Assembly (NCBI GenBank): GCA_043228905.1
Contig: JBHGNT010000005.1
Span: forward strand, 24,552,001-24,616,000
Direction of reading: 5' to 3'
DNA length: 64,000 nucleotides
DNA from: Azolla caroliniana
Taxonomy: Eukaryota > Plantae > Polypodiophyta
This document shows positions 1 to 13,900 of this stretch, in pieces; position 1 is the first letter of the stretch, and each line of letters starts with the position of its first letter. The notes below the pieces were generated by a model, which worked only from the letters and a program-made list of their open reading frames with translations, ran no database searches and was not told the DNA's origin. The translations under genes and the position numbers were made by a program.

Positions 1-3000
1 ATTTGTGTCTACTCATTTTTGGCAGCAGTAAGTACCATATCCTTGGTGCATGCATTCACACTGAAAATGATTCAACGTTCTAATTATGCTCAGTTGATTA
101 AATTGTATTTTCTCTGGTCTCTTCTCCAAAACTGACTTATCCAAGAATGGAAAGTCCTAATATAAGCTGTGCATAGGCCGAACCAAAAATTAATAGAGAA
201 ATCTGTTTGGCAGCTATATAGTTTGACACCACCAAAATAATAATCTGCTTGAAATATCATAAGTGTCAGATTAAAGATGTTCAACAGTACTTTGCAGATT
301 GAAACATTTAGTGTTACCAATTCATGACATAGTATAAATGATAAATGCAAGAATTAAAAATGCATATATTGTCACATTATTTACTTTAATACAGCATACA
401 TGCAAACATAAGACAAATCTTGTCAAATCTAGCCAACAGTCTGCATGAAATATCACCGTTTGGCAGATTAGAGATGTGCATTAGTGCTAGTTCAAATACA
501 AAATTGGGTACTAATCATTAAAAAGATGTAATATGAAGCCTCTTGTAGTCTGCATAACCATTGAATACAGAATTTGCTACGTATTTGGGATCTAACTTCC
601 CCCAGAATTCCGCTATGTGCCAAGTTTTATGTATCTAATCAAGGAGAACATTCTTCTCGTCTTTTCTGAGTTGTCGAATAATGTATCCTAATCTGTTGAT
701 AAGAGTCGGGATCAACTCCATCCAAATTCATGTGAGAACCTGAGATAGCAATATCATGTCTATGGAATTGGTTGCTATATTTTTGCTCTCTACATGGTCA
801 GAAAGCTTATATTTTGTGGGTGAGCGCAAACACAGAGCAAGCGGTGAGCTAGCTGTCTTTCTAGTTGATGTACCACGTTTATCATTTTGTAGTTAAATTT
901 AAGATGGATTATGAAACACATGTTTCATATACAGTATTTTCCCTCTTCATTACTCTGCCTGCTTTTTTTAGCTAGGGTAACTTAATACGTGGAATGGAAC
1001 ATAGTGTCGTTCATTTCTGTGTAAAAACATCAGGTGGCGATGTTTTGTTTGACCAGAAATGGCCTATTGTTAAGCAGTATTAAGTAAATTATGTTTTATA
1101 CAGGCTGGTACCCATATTGTAGGCAATGGATGTATCCCATTTTGTTGGGTTGTTTCGCTCATTGCAGCTTATTATTTGTTCCAAATTTTGCAAAATGCAT
1201 TCGGTAAACAATCAATTCTGTATGTTCCTTATCCTTATCTTCACTGCTGGAGATTTTTCATTGAATTTATTTAAGATCCTTTGCTTCTATTTAACAAATT
1301 GGAAATGATTTTGTACATGTCAAATTATAATCCTCACAAATTCTGTGACATCTATTATGAGGTCATTTATAAATTCAGAAGTTTGAAAAGCATACTTTCA
1401 AACATATCTGGGAGAAATATACATTGGCAGTCAAAATCTGAGGACACATGCAATCCAAATTCTTAGAATCACTATTGGCCATCCCAGTTTTGGATTAATA
1501 TTCACATTGGAATGCTACAGATTTTTATTCTCAGAGCCTGTAGGTTGAGCTGGACAGAAGGATGCTGTGAGGAACAGATACCCCTTGCACTACTTACTCT
1601 ACTGTGAATGCTCTAGTTACGTTTTTCTCATGTGTCCTCGTCCATTTTAGTTTTATATGTAGCATCCCATATGTTGGCATTGATCCTGTCCCCTGTTACA
1701 TGGGACCATCTAATTTTGTTTCAATAGATTTACACATATAATCTGGTCCTCATAGTTGTCAGACGTTTAGAAAAGAAATGGGTCACTGAATGAAAATATT
1801 CGGAAGCTTGAGGAGGATGACCAAACACTGGGTTTGTTTGTTCAGTTTTAAGATGAGGTAAATCAAAGTGACTTGAGATTTGATGCCAATGATCAAGACG
1901 CAAAAATGATGGCAAACAAGATTTAGAAAACAAATAAATATAACTATATTTCACCAAATAGAGTGTTCTCTTACAAGTTGTGAAATGGAATGTTATCATG
2001 ATACTGCTATTCGTTTATTTAAGTAACGTTTGCAAACTGTGTAACTCTGCTTTCTTTTGTTCATGCAGAACATTTTCTCTGTATGTTTCTACATTGGCTA
2101 TCCCAATACTGTTCTCTCTGTATTCTGATGCCCTTATCTGGCAAGTACTTCAAGAAAAAATGGGAATGAGCGGCTCTGTGCCTCAGCCATATGGTAAGAT
2201 GTCTCTCATTGTAGCATTATGAATGCGTGATCTTAATTTTAAAAGTTCAATCTTCTCTAAAACTATGAATAGAATGAAACCACGGCTTTGTGTTGGGATT
2301 TGATTACTGATATACATTTTTAGTATTTCATTCTAGTATGATATAAATCTCAACGCATTTATTTTTGTGTGCAGCAAGGTTTGATATGAATGTTCTTTTA
2401 TGAATTAAGTATGCAATAATATGAGCCATAGTTCTGTAACACCAATCTCCATGTATATGTTAAGTGGTTGGGATCTGATGGACCTTAACATATGCTGGAA
2501 TTATATCTCTAGTTTGCTGAAGTATATTTTGTTTATAAATCTCCTCTTTTTTCTTTGGCTACTCACCATGTTTGTTTTCTTTTGCCCCGATTGAAAGTGT
2601 GCTCATTTTAATACGCATTCTTTGAAATATAATTAGGGAAAATAATGTTAAACAAGAATTTTATAACACACATTTTGGTTTAGTTTTTAAAAAATAGCGA
2701 TAATATTATGTACATAATATATGTAATATAAAGGAAAATTTAGAAAATATGCTTATATTTTTATCGCAAATAAGAAGACTATGCTTGCATCTTTTCAAAA
2801 TTAACTATATATGCTTGGTAAAAAGTAAGATGAAGCAATTAATAACGTCTTTAACAATAATCAGGAAATGTTTTCATAGTGTGATGAAGTCTTCTTTAAA
2901 GAAGCAATGGTATCTCCCTCTTATTTCATAAAAAACAGCACAATGACAAACCTGGTGTTCTTCAGATTCCACTCCCTGCTTACACAATTGGCAAACTCTT

Positions 3001-6000
3001 CCTTCTAGAGGTATTCTTGCATATCTGCCTACCTCAATCACATAATTAATGTGACGAATTCACAACTGCCCTATCACTTGCACAGTGCATAAGGTAGAGA
3101 TGTATGTACATATAAGAGGGCCTAATGATGAATCCATCCTCTGATGTGTAAAATGTGTCTTACAGCGGGCCATCTTCCTACCAAGAGATGTTGTGGGGCT
3201 GATCCATGTTATTTTGATTTCCAAGTTGATCATATCAGTTTGGATCACTCTAATTCGTTTCCACTTTGGTCATGTTTAGATGGGGACAATTCGAGCTATA
3301 TCAGAGTGGGGGTAGTGCAGTTACTGTTTATGCCACGTGACTTGAGCCATTCTTGGATTTCAGCATACCAACAATGAATATTTCCATGTTCAGCTAGTTG
3401 TTTGCATAAGTGCTAACCTTGGAGCTCCCAAAGCTGTTGGATATGCCAAATTTTCCTCTTCAAAGAAGAATTATGTTTTTGATCTTGTCACCCATGCTTG
3501 CCTACTGTTAAACACGATCACGTTAGTTTTATCTATGTTTACTAACATTATTTTGTCCATATGAAACACTTTTAACATCAGCATATAGTAATATTTGTAT
3601 GGCTATACCTGCCAGGCATTCTCCCAAACTACCGTATCTTTGAATGTTACTCCTAGGCAAGTGTAGGATCATGTGTTTGCCACATTTTCCTCTTCCAAGA
3701 AGAGTTATGGTTCTGATCTTGGTACCCATGCTTTAGTTTTATCTATGTTTATTAATATACCTTTGTCCTTAAATAAGGCTTTTAAGTCATTTAGATGTCT
3801 TTTTAGTCCTTCTGGAGTGTCAGAGATCAGCACAATATCATCAGCATATAATAATATTTGTATGGTTATGACTGCTAGGTATTCTCCCAAACCACTGAAT
3901 TGCCCTACGGTTGTATGGTTATAGCTGCTTGGCATTCTCTTGAGTTCTAGTACGAACAGTCCCAAGCACCATTGGTCTTTGTCTACAAATCAGCCTATGA
4001 GACGAATCATGATCACAAATATGGGTGAATTCATGTCATACATACTAAAACAAAATAAAAGCTCCAGGTTTCCTAAAGCTCCACAATAATTATTTTATTG
4101 TATTTGATGGAATGATTTTTGAGATGCTTTACAAGCATAAAAGTGCATGACTAATATCTATGATAGTAGTGATGACTGAACTGGGTGACTTATTTGTAAT
4201 GAGAGAAAGAGAAAAAGAAAGAAAGAAATATTAATGTCTTCTAAGAGAAAGAAAGAAAGTTATACTAATGTCTTCTAAGAGAGAGTTAGAGAGAGAATGT
4301 GTTCTCTCTGCAGGCTTTTTTGTTCCAGACATAATTATGGCAGCGATTACTGGTTGTGCAGTGAGTCAAACCGTTGGTCCTTTGGTTCCTTTTATTGGGC
4401 AATGGCTTTCCTCACGGCATATCATTCAATTCTTTCTATGTTTAAGTGTCATTTCATCAGTTTTATCAACACAAATGTTCCCTTACAGTTCGCTTGCACC
4501 AAAGAGGGTGCTACTACAGCATACAATAGAAACAAAAGGTATCGTATATCACTTTCCTTCGATGCATTGCATGAATATTTTATATAGCTAATCGTCGTGA
4601 ATAAACAAAGCTAAAAAAATTATGTCAGAAAACAAAAAAAAATGAAATGTTATCACCTAGAGTTATTTGTCTGGATTGCTGTAATAAGATGTAGGACTAA
4701 CCCTTAAACAAACAAAAGAAAGAAACATTGGCAAAGACCTCCTGAATCGTAGGGGGGCTTACGTCGCACGATTGACACCGGCCATGGATGATCGTGGTTG
4801 GTTGTCCCCCTCCCCCTGATTCGTATGGATCAATACCAATCAAGAGTTTCTATTCCCCACCCTCCAATCGTCAAACAGTAGATCTGCATGGGGTCAAATG
4901 ATAGATCTGCATGGGGCATAGTGACGTGGGATGTGGATGGGGGATGAGCCAACTATCAACCATACAGCAAAGAGAATTAATTTCAACATGTTTTGTGGAA
5001 AATATTACCTGTATTATTCTGGTGATTACCCTAAAGCTCAGAATGCAGAATGCTGAGCTCCATACAAAAGCATCAATGGTATCATCCATAGATTTAAGGA
5101 TAAGAATACTAAGACTCTTGATTGATGCATGATTCTCCTAGGTGATACTGATGCTGGTTAATATCTGGCTGATTTGTGAGCATTAAGCTGTAAGCAATCT
5201 AGAGGCCCATGATTCTACAAATAAATGCCAAAAAAGGCTTGCTCTGATAGAGAGCTGTATGATGTGATACAGTGAGGCTGCATGGATCACTACACATACA
5301 ATTTTAGCCCATTCTCTGGTGTCTTATTACACTGAACAAGAGAACCTTCATAACTTAGTTGGAGACTATTCGTCACCTCTGGTTTCTTAAAGACTCCTTC
5401 ATTGTCTATTTATAATTTGAGGTAAGGCTTTGCTTTAATAATGAGGTATTTATACCTTGTCTTATATGGGCTCAAATAGCAATGGGCCCGGTTCGGTTCG
5501 GTTTCTTGGCCTTGAAACCAAACCAAACCAAACCATTTATTAATAATAAAAACTGAACGAAACTGTTTTAAAATTTATGAAGCCATTTAAACTGAACCGT
5601 TTAGAGCCGAACCGTTAAACCAAACCGTTTACGAAAAATTTAAAACCAAACTAAACCGGTTTATCATAAATCAAAACCAAACCAAACCAAACCATTTTTT
5701 TATTGATATTAATCATCATACTTATTATAAATTTGTGTGAGAAAATCATCATAAATTGATTCATCATACTTATCATAAAATTTGTCATCATACTTATCAT
5801 AAATTTGGTCATCATATTGATCATAAATTTGATCATCATACTTATCATAATTGATCATCATAAATGAAAAGGAGACTCTACATATAATACATATAAAATT
5901 TAATAAGTTAAAACAAGAGTTTAAAATTAGAAGTTAAAAGTTAGAGCCTATAGAGAATATTTTTGAGTATTTTTTAACCTATAAACGTATAAACGTATAA

Positions 6001-9000
6001 ACCGAACCACATAAACAGAAACCGATAAGCCGATAAATTCAAAACCAAACCGAAACCGATTAGTAACATTTGAAACCAAACCAAACCGTTTATTTATCTT
6101 TGAACCTTTAAACCGAACCACATAAACAGAAACCGATAAGCCGATAAACTGATAAATTCAAAACTGAACCGAACCGAACCCGAACCCGATTAGTAACATT
6201 TGAAACCAAACCAAGCTGTTTACTTATCTTTGAAGCTATAAACCGTTAAGCCATTGCTAGGCTCAAATTGCCCATATTTCCCTCGCCATGTTTCAAGTGT
6301 ACCGTCCTATGCTTACACAGTCTACTGTACCTCATGAATGTAGTGGTAATGCTTGTGCTTTGCAACCATAATATTGTGGGTTCAACTCTCATGTCTTATC
6401 TTGCCGATAGTCTTTTAGTTTGCGATTATGTACACTAACAATTTGCTCCTCAAAAGGCTTGCTTCTAAATTACCATTTTTCCTAATTTGAGATATCCTAG
6501 TGTATGAATCTCAATGTTCTATATCAGAGTTCTGTTTACAATTATTGGCAAAGTGTTCCATACTTTTCTAATACTTCCTCTCTATGAGTTCATGAATCGT
6601 GAACTTTTTATACGTTGATCTTTTGTTGAGGAGGAATTTATGGACTTTTCTATAGCTTTTGAGAGTCTTAATGACCAGGTTCTTGGGCAAGTAATAGGAT
6701 TTGTATGACCTGCATGAGCTTATGTGGGATATCATGTTACTCTATGGAACAGTTGTAGGGCAGGATCAGACATCACAGAGGTTTTGAATTGCACATTGAG
6801 AGGGATTCCAATTGTATGGATAAAGAAAGAGATAAAGTGCTATTCGCCTAGTACTCAAATTGTATTTTTTACGAAGCATTTTGACACATTGCTTCTCAGC
6901 TATTTTATATGGAGTACAGATTTGGGGGCCTAACTTAGATCAATAAAACAGATCAGGATAAACTTATGAATGATGTGCACTCCATTTCATTTAGCCAAAG
7001 TACCTCATAAGATTATATAATAGCTCTGATGGAGGCACTGCCGATTGCAGTTGAGCCCTTAAGTACCTCAAGTGTCCTTTCATAGGGTTGGTCCAAAATC
7101 ATTAAGTTGACAGTTTTAGGCTTTAGGGTATAGCCAGCTGTTGTACTTCAAAATGAGGGTACATTGTCACATACAAGTGAGGCATCATATCCAATAATCT
7201 AGATCGTGTGAGGTTGGTTCATTGAAAGCAAACCCATGAATCAGTGGTAAAATGAAGTGGCGATGTATTGTCTGCTCTTGCATAGTGTGTTTGTCCATGT
7301 ATTTTTTGCAAGCGCATGTAAGGAACACTGGTGTACACTGTATGGTTAACCTGTTGGCATTACTGAAAGAGTAATACTATTTCTTATTTATGTTAATGCT
7401 TAAATGTCCTAACTAAGAGGACAGGTTCTCTATTTTATTCAAATCCAAGGTTTTTGGGTTCATATCTATGCTTAAATGTAAATGCTATCTATTATTATGA
7501 CCATTTACAGGAAATGAAGTTTTACAGTCTCACTACGACCTTGCTGTTTTCGATGCAAATTCCCTTCCATTTGTTTTTAAGCATGTACCAGTCATTTCCA
7601 GCCATGTGATGGGTATATCCAAATTTGATACAAAGACTGCACGAAGGTCTCCAGATGGCACTTGGATGGTAATATTTTGTGTAATTTAAATCTATTTATA
7701 ATTGGCTGCTGCGAAATCTGCCTGGCTGTTTGAACTGTCAGTATGACGAGTAGTTTTCCACCTAGTGCAATGGTGTTTGATGTAGTTAAATTAAATCTCT
7801 CTTTACTAAAATGAAATAGCTGCGGTGCATGTCGTCCCAGAGACGTACATTTATGGTTCTTCACTGAGAAAATAGAATGATGCATTTATGGACAAATTAT
7901 GGTATAGGTTTCAGCTTTCATCTCTGTAGATTTTGGCCTGGTAATGTTAGAAGTTAGGGAACTTTTCAATAACATGTACAGATTCCTCTGTTTATTAAGC
8001 TAAATTATGCATTGCTTTATGTGAAAATGTACATTACGTGATGAGAAAAGCTAAATTATGTTCTTGTCTGTGAACAGGGTTTGTATCCAATATCATATTT
8101 GTTTGTTGAATCATTCAGATTTCCGACAAAAAGCAGGAATCTTAAAAACCACCAAAATCTTCCCCACATCATTGTTCAACATATTGACCTGGATGAACAT
8201 ATTGGCTTCCAACGGACATATGTTGAACTTGACTTAGGGTTAGTAAACTAATATTTCTTTCACTGTTAGTGCATATAGTTGCTTACTTTCCATTCTTTTC
8301 TGGCAGATCTGTGAATGAGGTTTGGGCAGCTGTTTTAAATATAACAGGCCCTCTTCTGAACTGGTCATTTTCTAATCAGGAATTACCTGGTAAGCATAAA
8401 TAGATATGCTCATTAATATTCTTCTTTGTTCTTTGGTAATACATTACATTACTGGTGTGAAACATCAATATGAGATGTAAACCCACAAAAAGTGATTACA
8501 AGGCTAACTACTGCTTTAATGAATTCTAATGTGATCTTATAACTCACAATCGTGCATCATGCAGCTCCAGAGACTGTAAATGGTGGTCCACCATCATACA
8601 TATGCAGATTAACCGGAAGTGACACACAAGAAAACTGGAAATTCTGGTTGGAGGTCAGTATAAATTTTGCCATTATGTATAGAAGAATGCATTGAAAACA
8701 TATCAACGAGAACATGATGGTCATTTCGACGAACAATACATTTGCATATAACAGGAGGAGCTTATCAATTAGATACAGAAATCTACACATCACTTTGCTT
8801 TTCAAAATTCCCCAAAATAGTGAAATTGACCCAAGAACCTGACTGTTTCCATGTACTAGTTTACCCTTAATTTTTGCATATAAGTCAGAAGGTGCCGAAA
8901 TTGTTAAATTTAAGATGGAAAGTAATTGGTTTTGGGTTCTTTGCAGACAAAGCAACCGCATGTTTTAAGGGTTGATTTAGCAGTTTTAGACCAGAAATTG

Positions 9001-9090
9001 GAGCAAGAGACACAAGAATTCTTAAACATATTCCCGTCATGGACGGCAGCTATTGCGGCATCGAGCTACTCTTCCTCCTATATAATCTAG
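1..9090 (+). CDS. Endoplasmic reticulum metallopeptidase 1-like (M28 family), 3' part of a multi-exon gene; 5' end lies upstream of the window
   Basis: GT-AG exons at approx. 1-27, 1104-1219, 2069-2193, 4314-4538, 7511-7668, 8078-8238, 8307-8389, 8565-8653 and 8947-9090 join in frame. Peptides EKMGMSGSVPQPYG, FPYSSLAPKRVLLQHT, YDLAVFDANS, WAAVLNITGPLLNWSF, GGPPSYICRL and VDLAVLDQKL match the C-terminal half of plant ERMP1-like proteins as recalled. Stop TAG at 9088-9090. Confidence 0.88.
2900..3990 (-). mobile_element. Degenerate LINE fragment (RT plus C-terminal Cys/His region) in an intron
   Basis: RT motif ILLYADDIVL...INIDKTK (ORF 3705-3965), a second partial copy LLYADV (3529-3729), and an IEVGRY...RVCQLC...ESEEH motif at ~2950-3040 typical of LINE ORF2 C-termini. 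Interrupted by stops and frameshifts. Confidence 0.8.
5477..6259. mobile_element. hAT-type MITE (AAACCG-rich) with an internal ~24-bp minisatellite
   Basis: TIRs TAGCAATGG...CCATTGCTA and a perfect 8-bp TSD GGCTCAAA. Many AAACCG/CGGTTT subterminal motifs; ATCATAAATTTGATCATCATACTT-like repeats at ~5700-5860. Confidence 0.85.
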
Positions 9091-10884
9091 TTTAGTAAAC
9101 CAGAAATCTTAATGCTCCTGGAGCACAGAGGAAGGATCGTGAGCTCAAATAATTGATGATTGAGAAATATTGATTCGAGATAGTTTTGTGCACCTTATAC
9201 CAGCTCACATGAGATACATGTTTACCATTCATTCTTTAGGTATGGTCTCACATGAAGAACCAATTTGTACTATGCACAAATGCTAGAGTTTATGCATAAA
9301 ATGAAGCTGATTTGCTAACTCCTACCCTATTAAAGATTCAAACCTTGTTGGGCTCACAATTATAGGTTGGAGAATTATTTTCGCTGCATGGTTGGGACTC
9401 AATTTTACATTCATTTTCACTTTGATCAACAATGAAATTTACTTAGACTAAGCTCATTGTACATGATTTTTTTGTTGCAATTTTTATGCCTTAATTGATA
9501 TTCAGAAAATCAACAGAAGCAGCAGATTTCCAATGATTGGCCACATAATTTTTGTACTTGTTGATTAGCTATATGTTATTTGATTATCATGATAACATGA
9601 TTAAACATCACAAACCACCAAATATTGGAAATGATCGAAGATGTTTAAGGTTGACTATCCACATTTACATTTTCGAATTAGCATAGACACCAAGATGTTA
9701 TGTTGTAGTCTGCACATTCTGTTTTCTTTGACAATGATGAGCATTTGTAAAATGGGAAGTATGGCATGTAAGGACCATGTAAAGGTTATGGAAATGATCA
9801 AGTCTTTGTGCACCGACGTGTCATGTCGCTTTTTCTTTCAGTGTAGCTCTAAACTAATTATAACTCTCTTCATTTGTTGTGTATTGTGCACTTGATGATA
9901 CAAGATTGAAGTGACCTTTCTTTTTGGTCATTATGATGCCTCCTCACGAATTTTTGTTCATCACATGCACTTTTGTTTTGGAGCATTGGGACGTTTAGTA
10001 ATTCATTTGACAGAATTCATCTAGTTGATTTGAAAGCTTTATGTTTATTGCACTTTGTGTGGATCATCAGGTTGACAAATTAATTGACGAGTAATTGCTT
10101 TGAATGACGTGTGAATATCAGCACCATGGAGGTTGAGTTGTAGGCACCACAGAATGATGATACTAGACTATTGTACGGACTTAAATGTGGCAATCCTTGT
10201 GGTTTATGGCCAATGTTATGGGCAATCTTTCAAGAGGAGTCCAAATCTCTAGTTAACTCAATAAGCTTAACATGCTTTGCTCTTTACTCAATTCATTAAA
10301 TTTTGATCTCATACCCTAATCCCACCTTTTTCTAACCATACCCACATGGAGCTTAGCTATATGTTTTGTGTCTTCTCCCACATGATCGTAGCAAGGAAAG
10401 AGCATTTGTTGGCTGGGAATTTTTCTCCGTGTTTGCGTCCATGAAATCTGATTTCTGCCAATATGTTTTGGGGGCTGTTTGTTAGTTTCTTTACACACAT
10501 CGGTACGGATTTTGGTTGAGTGGCACATACAATGTCCATCTCCTGTGATTTTGCAGAGATTGTGCCGTATTACGTAGGAGTTTGAATCGGATCAGACGAA
10601 TTTATATAACAAGAGTCCCACATATTGTGCTATTTGATTGTAAACCGAGCTGTTTTGATGGAGTGTCGAATCGAGGAGTGGCCATGTCCATTTGCGAGTA
10701 GCGATGCTACCGATGATAGATATTTTGCGGCACATGAGCATGTGTTCGATTTAAATCGGGGCTTCGGCCCACTGGACTGCAATCAAGGCGAGTGAACAAG
10801 GAAGGAGTGATGGTGATGGTGATGGTGAAGAGCTGAGATCCTTCTTTGGTTCTCCTCCCTCACCATACACACAGAGCTAGTTGC

Positions 10885-10907
10885 CCCTAAACCCTAAACC
10901 CTAAACC
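10885..10907 (+). promoter_or_regulatory. Triple telo-box (CCCTAAA)x3 directly before the ATG; site II-like GGCCCA at ~10766
   Basis: ccctaaaccctaaaccctaaacc precedes the ATG at 10908. Telo-box plus site II is an established plant promoter pair in genes of proliferating cells. Confidence 0.55.
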
Positions 10908-13900
10908 ATGGTGAGGCCCTCCATGTGTGTGGCCATGGGGTCCACTGTCTATGAGCTCAGCTCTTCCCTCAGCGATCACCACCACCACCACCACCTGCTA
11001 ATCTCTTCCTTTGCTTGGGACCCTCACTCGCGTTCCTTCTCGCCTCCCTCTCGCCACCCTTCGCCCCTCCCGGGTAAACCATTCCTCGCCTCTCTGCATG
11101 TCCATCTGCATTTCCATGCCTTCAACATCTCTATCCCATCTCCATCTTCATGTGCATGTTTTCTTGTGTTTTCCAAGTTACAACGATTCCTTTATGTTTT
11201 GTAACAGGGGATGTGGAGCTGCTTGCTTTTCATGTTGTACACAATTATGCGTTGGGAAGGTACCATCTCTCTGAACTCAATATACTCAGCTTACCAGAAG
11301 GTTAGCAGTATATCAGTTTCAAATCAATGTAAATCATATAACTTATGTTATTCCTAACCACGCGTGTCTTTATCAAAATCCTGCCCACTTTGAATGGTGT
11401 AGATCCTATTTAGTGATATAATCAGGTTCCATTTATGAGAGATTGTTATTTTCAAGGATTTTGTATACCAGATGGGTATTTATAGGATCAATGTTTTAAA
11501 AATGTTCACCCAATTGTACAAGAAGATAATGAGTTATAATTAATGAATTGGCCGAATGTAAGCTAAATTATGTGAGATTAGCTCAATTTCCTATTCTTTT
11601 AGGTTATAAATTTGCCACATCATTTACTTTTAGTGGCTCAATGAGGTTCCTTAATTTTTACACTGGTTATAACATTGATTTTTATTTTATGTGCTAACGC
11701 ATAGATGGTTTTCATGTTATTGTAGGTCTCAACCACATGTGGTTATCAGAAGAGGTTCCCTTTTACTGATTTGCATTCTTGATACTGACACACATGATTT
11801 TACAACACTAGTAGAAGTAGAACTACCTGCTGAAGAGAAACTAAACAAATCTACATCAAAATGGACTTTTGAAGGTAATGCTGCACTCCCCATGCAGATT
11901 CTGAAATGAGTCTCTTTATAATTATAGAGGTAAGGCAGCATTTGAAACTATTGTGTGTTAAAGATATATGCAAATCTAACAATTTCACTTCTTCAACTCA
12001 CAACTGTTGCAACATTCAGCATCTGTGAGCCTGCATATGGGAATGTATTGAATACATATAATATCCTACTTTCACTTGTCACTGTTGTCACCGTCCATCA
12101 TTTTCGCATACATTCTACGTATGCATATTTTGTTTTGACATATGATCAATTTATGAAACTTTCAGGGTGCTGGCTTGTAGATGGACCTGTTTTACTGGCT
12201 CAAATAGGCAAGAAGTTTATAATGGTCCGCAGTTTATTTGGGGCAAATGCAAATACTTTCGAAGATGATGATCAATTGTGGGATGCCCAATTACTAAACT
12301 TCGATAAAATTGACAAGAGCAATAGTATGAGAGTTATTTATTATGGTGAACTGGAGCTATTTTCAGAACCTGCTTTACTTCTATGCGTCCATTTTCCAGA
12401 TGAAACAGAATTTGACTTGATCCCTTGTAACAACAGGTCAAAACTGTTTGTACGGAATCACTGGTGTATATCATATTCTATTCTCTGTATTCGTAGAAAA
12501 TGTTTCCCAATACCATTTTTCATGTCGTAATTAAAATGTCTCCAGCTGGCATAGAATGATATGTTATGTATAAAGACAATCAGTAGGGTTTGAATATCAG
12601 CAGTATTGGCTTATCTGAACCTTATATTTACACCTACATTTATCATTGATATATAGGTGTATCATAGTTCATTGAATGCCTGATCATGTATCTTATGTTT
12701 CACCTATTTGGCAGGTTGAGGGTGGGATGGAATTTTATAAAATTTTCCATTGCCTGCTTAGATAGTGTGAATGTGGAAATCCATTGCAGCTCAAAATCAA
12801 GTTGGCGTGAAATAGAGATAGGAAATTATTTGGAAGTTTGTAATCAATTATTTCCTCCAGAGATCTGTCCAGATATTATCTCATACATGGATGTCATCCC
12901 GAAAGATCCTGTTGAAACTGTCTCATATGTTGCAAGTTTAGCACATTCAGTGGAGAACTGTCATGGACTTTTGTCTCATGATATTGTGGTGGGATTCTGG
13001 AACAGAAAGGTGGTTAAATACAGAATAGGGACAGTCGTCGCAAAAACAGACCTAAAAGACGCATTGACATCATTGTGAGATGTTTCAATGAAACATTTCT
13101 AGTATCATGTTTTTTTACCCCAAGCTTAGCCATGAATCCTGATCTGTATATCTCATTTCAGGCAGTTTGCCATAGTTGCAGGAAGTCAGGGTATACTATT
13201 GTGTACCCTGAATGGAGGGCTAGGTGGCATTGTTATCCTGTGTGCAGAAACCCTTATCACACTTAAAGGTAAACGGGCAAGGTCATTTTCTAGCTGGTTT
13301 GCAAAATGCTGTGTTATTGATCTGCAAATATGAATACAACAAGCTGTGATTGGAGATTTTCAGCATGGACAGGAATACAACAAGCTGTGATTGGAGATTT
13401 TCAATTAATTGGACATGATCAGGTGCTGCTTCTTGCATTATCATCACAGGTGGAAAAATCATCGACCTCTGATGTTAGCTATCTCAGGCCAATGCATCTC
13501 ACTGATATGAAGAATGATTTTTTGTCAAACCTGAAGCAGCATTCTCAACTTAATGCTTCAGGTACATGATGTTTAATATGTCTTCTATTGTGTTAATGCA
13601 GAACATGATGAAATTTAACTATTATGTGGCACACACTTAACATATGCTATGCGTAGATTTTAAAGTGGTACTTTCCAGATTATCTGGTGCAACAGTGCTG
13701 TATAGGCTCATGGCAGATACTTTCAGATTATGTTTTAATCCATCATTAGTCAATTATCAAACAAGTTCTGAGACCATTATCCTATGATAATTATTTCTAT
13801 TACTGCTCCCCCTTCCCCTCAGATGAGGCCACTGAAACACACAAGATCAAAAATCTTGATGCGATCACATTGTACCTACAATCACGACTGGAAGATGGGT

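Noticed and set aside
10885-10907. Interstitial telomere or fusion scar
   Set aside because: Only three units in a 5' UTR position; better explained as telo-boxes.
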